Assembly: GCA_963702425.1 (NCBI GenBank)
Contig: CAVPCQ010000012.1
Span: forward strand, 176,740 to 240,739
Origin: an uncultured Acidobacteriota bacterium
GTDB lineage: Bacteria; Acidobacteriota; Polarisedimenticolia; J045
Length of the DNA: 64,000 nt
Direction of reading: 5' to 3'
The notes below the pieces were generated by a model. The model was not told where the DNA came from. It did not search any database and saw only the letters and a program-made list of their open reading frames with translations. The position numbers and the translations under genes are program-made. Positions within the stretch are counted from its first letter, which is position 1; every line of letters begins with the position of its first letter. This document shows positions 38,189 to 48,317 of this stretch, piece after piece.

Positions 38189-40984
38189 ATGCGACGTCCG
38201 CTGAGCATCGCCCCCTGCCTCGCCGCACTCCTGGTCGCCGGCATCGCGTGGCAGGCCGCCGCCGCCCCGGAGCGCCGGCCGGCCACCACGCCCTCCCCCG
38301 CCGCCCCTCCGGCCCCCGCCGGGGTCGCGCTCCCCGCGCCGGCCGCCGCCGCGCTCAAGGCCCGCTCGATCGGCCCCGCGATCATGGGCGGCCGCGTCTC
38401 GGAGATTGCGGTCGACCCGCTCGACCCGGCGACGTTCTACGTCGGCTTCGCAACCAGCGGCGTGTGGAAGACGACGGACGCGGGCGCCACCTTCGCGCCG
38501 CTGTTCGACAAGGAGAGCGTGCTGTCGATCGGGGCCGTCGCGGTCGCCCCGACCGACCGCCGCGTCGTGTGGGTCGGCACCGGCGAAGCGAACGACCGCA
38601 ACAGCTCGGGCTGGGGCGACGGTGTCTACCGCTCCACCGACGGTGGAGCGACCTGGACGAAGGCCGGCCTCGCGGCCAGCCGCACGATCGCGCGGATCGC
38701 CGTCGACCCGCGCGCGCCGGAGACCGCCTACGTGGCGGCGATGGGCGACCTCTGGTCGCCTGGCGGCGAGCGCGGCCTTTACCGGACGACCGACGGCGGG
38801 CGGAGCTGGACGCTCGTTCTCGCCGCGCCGAAGCCGGACGACGCGGTGACCGGGTGCGGCGATGTCGTGCTCGATCCGCAGAACCCGGGCACGCTCTACG
38901 CCGCGCTCTACGCCCGCCAGCGCAAGCCCTGGCGCTTCGACTACGGCGTCGGCGCAACCGGGGGGCGCGACGTCGGCGGGATCTTCAAATCGACCGACGG
39001 CGGAGCCACGTGGCGCAAGCTGACGAACGGCCTGCCGTCGAAGACCGGCCGAATCGGCCTTTCGCTCTTCGCGAAGGACCCGCGCGTCGTCTACGCGATC
39101 ATCCAGAGCGACGAGGGCGGAACGAGCAGCATCGACGACCCGAAGAGCAAGAAGGGCGGCGTCTTCCGGTCGGAGGACGGCGGCGGGACGTGGACGCGGA
39201 TGAACCCGCTCAACCCGCGCGCCTTCTACTTCAGCCAGGTCCGCGTCGACCCGATCGACGCGCGGCGCGTCTACCTGCTGGGCTTCATGCTCCACGTCTC
39301 CGACGACGGCGGGAAGACCTTCCGCGAGGACTTGTTCAAGAACGTCCACGCCGACTGCCACTCCCTGGCGATCGTGCCGTCCCCCGCGGCGCTGCTTGCC
39401 GACGCCGAGCGGGCCGCCGCCGAGGCAATGAAGAAGGCCGACCCGAGCCTCCCGCCTCCCGCGCCCGTCTTCAGCCGCCAGCTCGTGCTGGGTACGGACG
39501 GCGGCGTCTACCAGAGCTTCGACGCCGGGTCCTCCTGGGCCCACCTCGACCGGATCCCGGCCGGGCAGTACTACCGGATCAACGTCGACGACTCGACCCC
39601 TTACCGGATCTGCGGCGGCCTGCAGGACAACACCAACTGGGTCGGCCCGTCGAGCACGAACTCGCAGGAAGGGATTCTCAACGCGGCCTGGACCGAGATC
39701 GGCGGCGGCGACGGCTTCTACTGCGTGTTCGACCCGTTCGACCGCGACCTGCTCTACGCCGAGTCGCAGGAGGGGTACCTGCACCGTTTCAACACCCGGA
39801 CCGGGGAGATGAAGGCGGTGCGCCCGGAACCGACCGAGGGCCAACCCCGCTACCGCTTCCACTGGAATGCGCCGCTGATCGGAAGCCGGCACGAAAAGGG
39901 AACGATGTACCTCGCGGGTAACGTCGTGTTCCGCGTCCGGGACCGCGGCGAGAGCTTCGAGGTGATCAGTCCCGACCTGACCGCCCGGGACCCGGAGAAG
40001 ACGACCACCGTCGGCAGCGGCGCCGAGAACTTCGGCGTCGTCTACACGCTGGCCGAGTCGCCGGTCGTTGCGGGGACGTTCTGGGCCGGCACCGACGACG
40101 GCAAGCTCTGGATCACGCGGGACGGCGGCACGAACTGGACCGATCTCACCGCGAGCCTGCCGGCAGCCGTCAAGGGCCAGTGGCTCTCGCGGATCGAGCC
40201 GTCGGCACACGATCCGCAGGTCGCCTACCTCGCGGTCGCGGCCCATCGCACCGGCCTCTACGCCCCGTTCGCCTTCCGGACCGCCGACGGCGGCCGGAGC
40301 TGGCAGGAGATCGCCGGCGACCTGCCGAAGAGTGGCCCCGTTCGGGTCCTGCGCGAGGACCCGCGGAACCCGGCCGTCCTGTACGCCGGCACCGAGTACG
40401 GCCCGTTCGTCTCGCTCGACCGCGGTACGCACTGGACGAAGATCGGCGGGCTGCCGGCCGTGATCGTCGACGACATCGTGCTCCAGCCGACGCAGCGCGA
40501 CCTCGTGCTCGGGACCCACGGGCGGAGCCTCTGGATCATCGACGACGTCTCCCCGTTCGCCGCGCTGACGCCGGAGATCGCAGCGAAGGAGATCTACCTC
40601 TTCCCGCCGCGCGCCGCGCACGGGGCCTACCGCGTGCGCGGCTGGCTCGACAGCAACGGCAGCGCCGTCTTCCGCGGCGAGAACCCGCCGGAGGGGGCGA
40701 TCCTGACCGCGTGGGTCAGGGACTACAACGCCGAGCCGGTGAAGGTGACGATCGCGGACGCGGCCGGTCGCCCGGTCGCGAACCTGACGCTGCCGGGAAC
40801 GCCCGGCCTGAACCGGACCAGCTGGGACCTGCGGCCGACCAAGGACCTGCTGACGGAGTACGGCGGCGAGAACGCGAAGAAGCTGGTCGCACCGGGCGAA
40901 TACACGGTCACCGTGAGCCGCGGCGCGGAGCGTTCGACCCAGAAGCTCACGGTGACGATCGCCGAGGGGATCGAGACCCGCTGA
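38189..40984 (+). CDS. Secreted BNR/Asp-box (VPS10/sortilin-like) beta-propeller protein
   Basis: RSIGPAIMGGRV, many S/T-x-D-G-G-x-T/S-W repeats, GGLQDN, GGGDGF, THGRS, GENPP. Confidence 0.9.
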   Translation: MRRPLSIAPCLAALLVAGIAWQAAAAPERRPATTPSPAAPPAPAGVALPAPAAAALKARSIGPAIMGGRVSEIAVDPLDPATFYVGFATSGVWKTTDAGATFAPLFDKESVLSIGAVAVAPTDRRVVWVGTGEANDRNSSGWGDGVYRSTDGGATWTKAGLAASRTIARIAVDPRAPETAYVAAMGDLWSPGGERGLYRTTDGGRSWTLVLAAPKPDDAVTGCGDVVLDPQNPGTLYAALYARQRKPWRFDYGVGATGGRDVGGIFKSTDGGATWRKLTNGLPSKTGRIGLSLFAKDPRVVYAIIQSDEGGTSSIDDPKSKKGGVFRSEDGGGTWTRMNPLNPRAFYFSQVRVDPIDARRVYLLGFMLHVSDDGGKTFREDLFKNVHADCHSLAIVPSPAALLADAERAAAEAMKKADPSLPPPAPVFSRQLVLGTDGGVYQSFDAGSSWAHLDRIPAGQYYRINVDDSTPYRICGGLQDNTNWVGPSSTNSQEGILNAAWTEIGGGDGFYCVFDPFDRDLLYAESQEGYLHRFNTRTGEMKAVRPEPTEGQPRYRFHWNAPLIGSRHEKGTMYLAGNVVFRVRDRGESFEVISPDLTARDPEKTTTVGSGAENFGVVYTLAESPVVAGTFWAGTDDGKLWITRDGGTNWTDLTASLPAAVKGQWLSRIEPSAHDPQVAYLAVAAHRTGLYAPFAFRTADGGRSWQEIAGDLPKSGPVRVLREDPRNPAVLYAGTEYGPFVSLDRGTHWTKIGGLPAVIVDDIVLQPTQRDLVLGTHGRSLWIIDDVSPFAALTPEIAAKEIYLFPPRAAHGAYRVRGWLDSNGSAVFRGENPPEGAILTAWVRDYNAEPVKVTIADAAGRPVANLTLPGTPGLNRTSWDLRPTKDLLTEYGGENAKKLVAPGEYTVTVSRGAERSTQKLTVTIAEGIETR

Positions 40985-40998
40985 GGCCCGGAGGAAGG

Positions 40999-41322
40999 AT
41001 GGCGACCACCCGCTGGGTCCGCGTCGCAAGCGAAGTGGACTTCGCAGAGCGCAACATGATCGCGGCCGAGGCCGGCCCGGAAGCCGTGGTCGTGGCGAAG
41101 ATCGGGCCGAACTACTTCGCGATCGAGGACCGTTGCTCGCACGACGACAACCCGCTCGGCGAGGGCGGGATCGAGGACGGCCAGATCGTCTGCCCGCGCC
41201 ACGGCGCGCGCTTCGACCTGGCGACCGGCGCCGCGCGGGCGATGCCGGCGGTCGCGCCGGTCCGGACGTTCCCGGTCAAGCTCGAGAACGGCGCGATCTT
41301 CGTCGAGGTCGACGCCGACTGA
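40999..41322 (+). CDS. Rieske-type [2Fe-2S] ferredoxin
   Basis: CSH...CPRHGARFDL.TG; GGAGGAAGG RBS. Confidence 0.92.
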   Translation: MATTRWVRVASEVDFAERNMIAAEAGPEAVVVAKIGPNYFAIEDRCSHDDNPLGEGGIEDGQIVCPRHGARFDLATGAARAMPAVAPVRTFPVKLENGAIFVEVDAD

Positions 41323-41325
41323 CGG

Positions 41326-42670
41326 TCAGGCCGGTTCGGCGAGCCCCGCCCGCAGCGGTGGCGCGGCCGGGACGATCAGGCGCCGGCACCAGATCGCGAG
41401 CGCGACCCCGGCCGCGAGCAGCAGCGCACCCGTCACCTGGTGCGCGGTCGTGACGATCGCCTCCCAGAGCGGCGCGGCCGTCCCCGGGCGCCGCATCGTG
41501 ACGGCCGCCAGCGCACCGACACCGAGCGTGAGCTGGACGGCGACGAGCGCGAGCAGCGTCTTCCCCGTCCGTCGCATCGTGCCGATCCGCCCGTAGAGGC
41601 CCCACGCGCGCACGCCCGCCGCCACCGCCAGGCCCGCGACGAGGGTCGCCATCGTGATGTGAACGAGCAGCCCGGTCCCGGTGTGCCGCAGGACGGCACC
41701 GAGGACGAGCTGCACGATCAGTGCGCCGACCAGCAGCGCGGTGAGGCCGCGTTCGGTCGCCGCGGCCGGCACGACTTCGGCTGGCGCCTCGTCGCGGAAG
41801 CGCCGCGTCGTGACGACGGCGAGCGCGACCATCAGCGCGAAGAAGAGCTGGCCGGTGACGCCGTGCACGACTGCCAGCGCGAGGCTGGGCGCCGTCTCAG
41901 CCGGGTCCGCCGACAAAGTGAAGCGGCCGGTCACGCGCAGCCCGCCGAGAATCCCCTGGACGACGACCAGCGCGAAGGCCAGCAGCCCGAGCCGCCTGAC
42001 CCAGCTCCTCGAGTCGGTGCGCGCGAGCACGAGCGCGAGGACCAGCGTCGTCAGCCCGACGAGCGATCCGAACAGCCGGTGCGCGTGCTCGTAGTAGATG
42101 CCGCCCGTCATCCGCGCGAGCGGGTAGAGGAACATGTTGTAGCCGAACGAGTTCGGCCAGTCGACGACGGCCAGGCCGGCGTCGTTGCTGGTGACGAGGC
42201 CGCCGATCGTGACGAGGCCCAGCGTCGCCGCCGCCGCGACGCCGGCAAAGATCCCGATCCAGTTCGGCGATGCGCGGCCGGGGCCGCGGCCCGGCTGACC
42301 CGGCGAGTGCCGCCAGCGCCCCGATCGCCGCGCCCGCCAGGAGCGCCCCGGGGAGCCAGATCGCCGTCCCGGGGCGGAGCCGGTTCGGAGCGTCGGCGCT
42401 CGTCAGCAGGCTGCCGAGGATCAGCACGTTGAGCGCCATCGTCAGCAGCCCCGCCAGGGCACCGGTCCGCCAGCCGCCGGCGAAGCGGCCCGCGAGGAAC
42501 CCGCCGCCAGCCAGAAGTCCCAGCATCGCCAGCGCGACGAGCGCGCTGGGCGCCTGGATCCACGGCAACCGCAGGAGGTAACCCGCGGCCCACATGGCGA
42601 CCGTCGTGCCGAAGCCGAGCGCGAGAACCGCGCCGGGGTCGCGGCGCCTGGAGAACGCGGAGCCGGTCAT
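41326..42670 (-). CDS. ctaA: Heme A synthase (COX15/CtaA) with extra N-terminal membrane domain; indel near 42270-42300
   Basis: GGLVTSNDAGLAVVDWP, EHAHR, QGILGG, VHG, QLVLGA..RH, VHI, TTAHQ; upstream frame encodes ~4 TM helices. Confidence 0.85.
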
Positions 42671-42808
42671 GGGGAGCACCTCGCGGGGAGCTGGAACCGG
42701 CCTGCCATAGTAGAGGCCGCGGATGCAGCCATCCACCGCCTCTGGCCTCCGCCCCCCGATGCCCTTACCATGCGTCGTTTCGAGCGTCCTCCGCTCGACC
42801 GGGTCCCG

Positions 42809-43729
42809 ATGAGCAGCCTGCCGACCTCAGCCCGTTCCACCCCCGCGCCGCGCGCCGCCGGACGCCTCGGCGCCGCGCTGGGGCTCTATGCGGACCTGAC
42901 CAAGGCGCGGCTCTCGGCGCTCGTGGTGGCGACCACGGCCGCGGGCTACGCGCTCGGGTCGAGCGGCCCCTTCGAACTTGCAGGGTTGCTCTGGGCGGTC
43001 CTCGGCACCTCGCTCTCGGCGCTCGGGGCGAACGGGCTCAACCAGTGGCTCGAGCGCGAGCGCGACGCGCGCATGGAGCGCACGCGCGAGCGTCCGTTGC
43101 CCGCCGGCCGGCTCGAGCCGTCGCACGCCTTCTGGGTCTCGCTGGCGCTCGCCGCCGCCGGGACCGCGGTGCTCTACCTCGGAACGAACGGGCTGACCAC
43201 GGGGCTCAACGCCGTGACCGTCGCGCTGTACGTGCTGGTCTACACGCCGCTCAAGACGCGAAGCTCGCTCTGCACGCTGGTCGGCGCGATCGTCGGTGCC
43301 ATCCCGCCGATCATGGGCTACACGGCAGCGACCGGGACGGTCGGGGCCGGCGCCTGGATCCTCTTCGCGGTCCTCTTCGCCTGGCAGATCCCGCACTTCC
43401 TGTCGCTGGCGTGGCTGTACCGCGACGACTACCGCCGGGGCGGGTACGTCATGCTTCCGCTCGGCGACCCCGACGGCCGCATCACGTTCGAGGTCACCGT
43501 GCTCTACGCGCTGGCCCTGGTCCCGCTCGGCCTCGCGGCGTTCCTGGCCGGGCTCACCGGCTGGGCCTCGGCGGCCGGATCGCTCGTGCTGGGCGGCGCC
43601 TTCTTCGCGCTCACGCTGCAGCTGCGGCGGCGGCGCGGCGATCGCGAGGCGCGACGGGTGTTCCTCGCGAGCCTGCTCTACCTGCCGCTGCTGCTCGGCC
43701 TGCTCGTCGCCGACCACGCCCTGCGGTGA
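42809..43729 (+). CDS. ctaB: Protoheme IX farnesyltransferase (heme o synthase)
   Basis: LTKARL, NQWLERERDARMERTRERPLP, YTPLK, GAIPP, WQIPHF, YRDDY. Confidence 0.95.
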   Translation: MSSLPTSARSTPAPRAAGRLGAALGLYADLTKARLSALVVATTAAGYALGSSGPFELAGLLWAVLGTSLSALGANGLNQWLERERDARMERTRERPLPAGRLEPSHAFWVSLALAAAGTAVLYLGTNGLTTGLNAVTVALYVLVYTPLKTRSSLCTLVGAIVGAIPPIMGYTAATGTVGAGAWILFAVLFAWQIPHFLSLAWLYRDDYRRGGYVMLPLGDPDGRITFEVTVLYALALVPLGLAAFLAGLTGWASAAGSLVLGGAFFALTLQLRRRRGDREARRVFLASLLYLPLLLGLLVADHALR

Positions 43730-44812
43730 CGACGGCGCCCCCAGCCGCGGCGCCGTCACGGCGGCTGACGCTCAAGAGCGGGGGCGGGGTGCTCCTGCTC
43801 GCCGCAGCGATCTCGGCGGTCGCGATGGCCTGGATCGCCTGGCCGATCCTGACGCGCCAGGCGCACGCGTTGCGCGGCGATGGGCGCCACCCCGACAGCT
43901 ACGGTTTCGATCTCGCGACGGCGATCGTCCCCCGCGCCGAGATCGTCGCCTCCGGCATGACCGTCGACGGCGTGGCCCCGCTGATCGACCCACGCTCGAT
44001 CCCCGCCTCCGGCGTCGATCGGATCCACCGCGAGGAGCGCGGCAAGTACCTCGTCGGCAGCGACCGCGTCGTGGGCGTCGTCCTCGGCGGCGAGGCCCGG
44101 GCCTACCCGCTGCGCGTCCTGAACTGGCACGAGGTCGCGAACGACACGCTCGGCGGCGTCCCGATCGCGGTCACCTACAGCCCGCTGACCGACAGCGTCG
44201 TCGTCTTCGACCGGCGCGTCGGGAGCGAGACATTGACCTTCGGCGTCAGCGGCCTGCTCTACAACTCCAACCAGTTGCTCTACGAGCGGCGCCCTCCTGG
44301 TGCGCCGTCGAGCCTCTGGAGCCAGCTTCTCTTCCGCGCCATTGCCGGTCCCGCGGCGGCGCGCGGCGAGGCCCTCACCGTCGTCCCCTCGCAGCTCGTG
44401 ACGTGGGATGCCTGGCGCGCTTCCCAGCCCGCGACGACGGTGCTCGACCCCGACCGGACTGCTCCTGAAGCGGTACCGCGGGAACCCCTACGGCATGTAC
44501 TACGGCAGCGACCTGCTCCGTTTTCCGGTGACGCCGCTGCCGCCGGCCGGAGACCCGCCCTACAAGACGCCGGTGGTCGTCCTGGAGTCGGCCGGGGGCC
44601 GGGCGGTGCTGGCGATCCCGGGGCTTGCGCGGCGTGCCGGCCCGGACGGCTCGGCGGAAGCGGCCACGGCCGCCGGAACGGTCCCGCTCCGCGTCACTCC
44701 CGAACCGCCGACGGCCCTCGTGGAGCGCGGACCCGGGGCGCCCGAGCCGATCGCCCACGCCTTCTGGTTCGCCTGGCACGCGATGCACCCGGAGGACCCG
44801 CTCGTGCGATGA
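43726..44812 (+). CDS. DUF3179 family membrane-anchored protein; indel near 44455
   Basis: GTGA-coupled to ctaB; DG...L.DP, ARAYPL..LNWHEVAND, FGVSGLLYNSN, SLWSQ, FWFAW...HP. Confidence 0.85.
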
Positions 44813-44921
44813 CGCCGGCCGCACGGCGCGGCGGAGGTCCTTGCCGAAGCCCTGCTTCTGGTCCAAAGTTTGCACTTTACGGCCCTGGGGCGCCCTCCCC
44901 GGCCCCGAAGGATGTCTGCCC

Positions 44922-46142
44922 ATGCGAAAGCCGCTCGTGCTCGCCCTCGCCGTCCTCTGCGCGGCCGCGCTCTCCGCGCTCGCCCAGGAGGAGCCCGGCA
45001 CGGCCGACGTCAAAGCGATCCTGGCCGAAGCCAACTCGGCGTTGCAGGCCAAGGACTACAACAAGGCCTACGACCTCGCCTCGAAGGTCGCCGACGCCAA
45101 TCCGAAACAGGCCGGGGCGCGCTTCATCGCCGGCGCCGCCGCGTTGAACCTGCGCCAGGTGGATGCCGCGGACAAGTACCTGCGCGAGGCCTGGGCGCAG
45201 AAGCCGGACATGCCGTGGCTGGCGCTCTGGATGGGTCAGTTGGCGATGCTGGAAGGCGACGGGGCCGTCCGCGAGGGGAAAGACGAGCAGGCCCTCGCGT
45301 ACTACAACGAGGCGGTCGGCTATTTCGACACCGAGGCCAGGAACCGGCCGGGCAACCCCGGGCCGCTGACCAACAAGGCGCAGGCGCTCTCGAAGGCCAA
45401 CCGCCTTCCCGAGTCGATCGCGACCTATGAAGAGCTGATCAAGCTGAACCCGGCGACGCCGGACAACTACCTGGCAGCGGCCGAGGTCTACATCCAGGGC
45501 GGTCAGACCGACAAGGCGATCGAAATGGTCAAGCGCGTCCCGACGACCGACAAGGCCGCGGCGGCGCGCGCGATCACGAAGTGGGGCGATGCGCTCTTCC
45601 AGCAGGGGCTGATGGACGTCGTGGTGCCGATCATGGAGTACGCGCACCAGCTCGATCCGAGCTACACCCTGCCCTGCGGGAAGCTGGTCACGGCCTACCT
45701 GCAGCTGGGCCACCCGCCGGAGGCCTGGGAGCGCCTGACGGAGTTCCTCTCGCACAACCCGCCTGCCGACGAGGTGACCGCGGTGGGCGACGCCACGCTC
45801 TCCTTCCTGCGCCGCCGCGGCAACCCCCTCGAAGCGCTCCCGCCGGACGAGGATGGGATCGTGCTCCCCTACCTCGACAACCTCGCCCGGCCCAAGGTTC
45901 CCGCCGCCGCGCGCCAGGCGCGGGTGGACGCCGCGGTTCCGTTGCTGGTTCAGGTCGGAGCCGACGGCAAGATCCTGAACGTGCAGGTGATTCCCACCTC
46001 GAGTACCGCCAACAACAAGGAGCTGGGGCTCGACGCGGCCGCCCTCGACACCGTGAACCGCTCGCGCTTCAAGCCGGGCAAGCAGAACGGCAAGGCTGCG
46101 GCGTTCCCCGTCGGGGTGATGATCGAGTTCAAGCCTTCGTGA
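44922..46142 (+). CDS. Secreted TPR-repeat protein with C-terminal TonB_C-like domain
   Basis: Signal peptide ALA-Q, TPR helices, P.AARQARV...V.V..DG...LDAAAL..V...RFKPG..NGK. Confidence 0.82.
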   Translation: MRKPLVLALAVLCAAALSALAQEEPGTADVKAILAEANSALQAKDYNKAYDLASKVADANPKQAGARFIAGAAALNLRQVDAADKYLREAWAQKPDMPWLALWMGQLAMLEGDGAVREGKDEQALAYYNEAVGYFDTEARNRPGNPGPLTNKAQALSKANRLPESIATYEELIKLNPATPDNYLAAAEVYIQGGQTDKAIEMVKRVPTTDKAAAARAITKWGDALFQQGLMDVVVPIMEYAHQLDPSYTLPCGKLVTAYLQLGHPPEAWERLTEFLSHNPPADEVTAVGDATLSFLRRRGNPLEALPPDEDGIVLPYLDNLARPKVPAAARQARVDAAVPLLVQVGADGKILNVQVIPTSSTANNKELGLDAAALDTVNRSRFKPGKQNGKAAAFPVGVMIEFKPS

Positions 46143-46148
46143 GATGCG

Positions 46149-46177
46149 CCGGGCCGGCCCTCATCGGGCCGGCCCGG
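46149..46177. terminator. GC-rich hairpin between convergent genes
   Basis: Perfect 12-bp stem CCGGGCCGGCCC/GGGCCGGCCCGG, 5-nt loop, no U-tract. Confidence 0.45.
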
Positions 46178-46209
46178 GAACCGACGACCTCGCGACGTCG
46201 CGCCCGGCT

Positions 46210-46998
46210 TCAGCTCAGCGGCGGCGGCTGCGCCACGGACGACTTCTCGCGCAGCTTCTGCTCCATCTCGCGCAGCTTCTGCTCGAGCTCTTCCATCTTG
46301 CGCTCCAGCTCCCTGGCCTTGCTCTCGTCGAGCTGGAACTGGTGCTGCTGGAATTGCTCCGTGATCTCCTTGAGGTGCTCGGCGTCGATCTCCGGGAGCT
46401 GGAGCGGGAGGCGCTCCCCATCCTCGTCCCAGAGCATGAGCGAGCCGACGTCGAACTGCGGCGTCTCGCGCTCGGCCACGACTGCCGTGACGGACTGGGT
46501 GCGCCCGTCGCGCAGGAGTTCGAGCCGGACCGACTCGCCCTTCTTCTTCTCGCGCACGAGCCGCCGCACGTCCCACGCGCCTTCCACCTTGCTCCCGTCG
46601 ACCGCGACCAGGATGTCGCCGACCGCGACCCCTGCCGCGGCCGCGGGACTCCCCTCCTCGACCCGGGAGATCATGACGCCGACCCCCTCGGAGGCCCCGA
46701 AGTGGCGGCGCAGCTCGGGCGTCAGGTCAAGCAGCGCGACGCCGACGTAGCCGCGCGGTATCGCGTCGAGGCTGCGTCCCGGGAACTTGCCCGAGAACGT
46801 CTTCTCCCCGTCGCGCCCGAGGAAGACGAACTCACGCTCCGCCCGGCCTTTTTCGCCGGGGGCCTGGACGACGACGACCCGCTCCTTGTGCTTCACGGCC
46901 GGCGAGGGGGCCTTCTCGTCGGCGCCGGCAGCGGTGGACGGGGCGGCGGCGAGGACGGTGGCCGCGATCAGCCCGGCCATGATGGTGCTCTTCGACAT
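46210..46998 (-). CDS. Secreted PDZ-domain protein with C-terminal coiled coil
   Basis: AAAGGAG RBS, signal peptide, GYVGV..DLTPELRRHFG..GVMISRVEEGSPA..AG..VGD; no protease domain. Confidence 0.88.
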   Translation of the reverse strand: MSKSTIMAGLIAATVLAAAPSTAAGADEKAPSPAVKHKERVVVVQAPGEKGRAEREFVFLGRDGEKTFSGKFPGRSLDAIPRGYVGVALLDLTPELRRHFGASEGVGVMISRVEEGSPAAAAGVAVGDILVAVDGSKVEGAWDVRRLVREKKKGESVRLELLRDGRTQSVTAVVAERETPQFDVGSLMLWDEDGERLPLQLPEIDAEHLKEITEQFQQHQFQLDESKARELERKMEELEQKLREMEQKLREKSSVAQPPPLS

Positions 46999-47018
46999 CG
47001 TGTGCTCCTTTCGTTCCA

Positions 47019-47046
47019 ATCAACGCTCGACGCGCCCGGAAGTTCG
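47019..47046 (-). promoter_or_regulatory. Putative ECF promoter for the PDZ gene
   Basis: Minus strand CGAACT-N16-GTTGAT, 20 nt before the ATG. Confidence 0.5.
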
Positions 47047-47460
47047 CTGGACCCCCGGGCGAGATCGTGACGCCCGCGCGAGCCGGTCGAGATCGATCAC
47101 CAGCTCGCCGCGATCGTCGCCCCCGATCACCAGGACCGGGGCCCCCGAGGCGGGGCTCCGACGCAGCGTCGCGAGCTCGGCCGCGAGGCGCGCGTGCTCG
47201 ACCTGCATCACGGCCAGCTCGGCCCGCGCAGCGTCGGTGCGGCGCTCAGCCCGTCGCTCCGCCTGCCAGCGCAGGCCGCCGATTCCGGCGACGCCGAGCA
47301 GCGCGACCGCAGCCGCGGCGGCCCAGGCCCAGCTCGGCCGCGCGACGCCGCTCGCCGGGCCGGACACGTCGACCCGCGCCATGAGACGGTCGGTGAACCC
47401 GGGCCGCGCCCGCTCGTGCGGCAGCTCCCGGATCGCTTCTCGCGGGTACTCGTCGTTCAC
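47020..47460 (-). CDS. Putative single-TM anti-sigma factor
   Basis: GTGA-coupled to the ECF sigma; PGFTDRLMAR N-domain, one TM helix, short coiled-coil periplasmic part. Confidence 0.7.
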   Translation of the reverse strand: MNDEYPREAIRELPHERARPGFTDRLMARVDVSGPASGVARPSWAWAAAAAVALLGVAGIGGLRWQAERRAERRTDAARAELAVMQVEHARLAAELATLRRSPASGAPVLVIGGDDRGELVIDLDRLARASRSRPGVQRTSGRVER

Positions 47461-48083
47461 GGGGCACCTCCGTCGCCGGCTCCGCGGCTCGGGGCGAGTT
47501 GCTCGCGCAACAGCGTCCGCGCGCGGTTGATCCGCGACTTGACCGTCCCCTCGGGGCAACCGAGGGCGGCGGCGATCTCCTCGTAGCTCAGGTCCTCGAC
47601 GTCCCGCAGCACGAGCGGGACGCGGTATCTCAGCGGCAGTTCCGCAATCGCGAGCACCAATTGCTCGCGCAGCTCGCGGCGCTCCAGCGCGGCAATCGGG
47701 TCGGACGCCGGCGACCGCGCGCCCGCGGTGGCAAGCGCGTGCGGCAGAACCGCCGCGATGAGCCGCCAGCGCCTGGCGCGCCGCTCTTCGGTCCGCACGA
47801 GGTTGGTCGCGATCCGGAACAGGAACGGCAGCAGCTTCCCCTGCTCGTCGTAGCGCGGCGCCCGCCAGAGCCGGATGAAGGTCTCCTGCGCCAGGTCCTC
47901 GGCCCGGTCGCGATTGGCGGTGAGGCGCGTCAGGTAGTTGACCACGGCGTCCTTGTGGCGATCGACGAGGCTGGCGAAGGCCTCGCGCTCCCCGGCGCGG
48001 ACGGCGGCCATCAGCGCGGCGTCGTCCGCCCGCGTCGTGAAGCCCGCCTGGGCTGTCCGGTCCAGCGCTATCGGCTCACCCAT
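47457..48083 (-). CDS. ECF RNA polymerase sigma factor
   Basis: AEDLAQETFIRLW, LFRIATN, LRDVEDLSYEEIA..LGCPEGTVKSRINRAR. Confidence 0.95.
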   Translation of the reverse strand: MGEPIALDRTAQAGFTTRADDAALMAAVRAGEREAFASLVDRHKDAVVNYLTRLTANRDRAEDLAQETFIRLWRAPRYDEQGKLLPFLFRIATNLVRTEERRARRWRLIAAVLPHALATAGARSPASDPIAALERRELREQLVLAIAELPLRYRVPLVLRDVEDLSYEEIAAALGCPEGTVKSRINRARTLLREQLAPSRGAGDGGAP

Positions 48084-48097
48084 CCCGTCTCCACAGA

Positions 48098-48125
48098 AGA
48101 AACGCCCGCCGCCGCCGCCGGTTCC
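48098..48125 (-). promoter_or_regulatory. Putative autoregulatory ECF promoter
   Basis: Minus strand GGAACC-N16-GTTTCT, 14 nt before the sigma ATG. Confidence 0.55.
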
Positions 48126-48317
48126 CATCTTGCGGCAAGGCGCTTTCCCGCACCTCGGGCCGGACGCGGGAGGACGGCCGCCCGGACCGTCGAAACCGCC
48201 CAACGCGTTGACAGGCAGGCACTTGGGCTGCGCCTAGGACCGCCGGGGGCCAGTTCGGAAATGGGGCTCGAGCGTGTCCGGGATCGCCGTTGCGAACTCG
48301 CGCCGCGGAGCGCCGCG

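Noticed and set aside
44170-44200. Selenocysteine in DUF3179
   Set aside because: No in-frame TGA at the motif (codons give YSPLTD)
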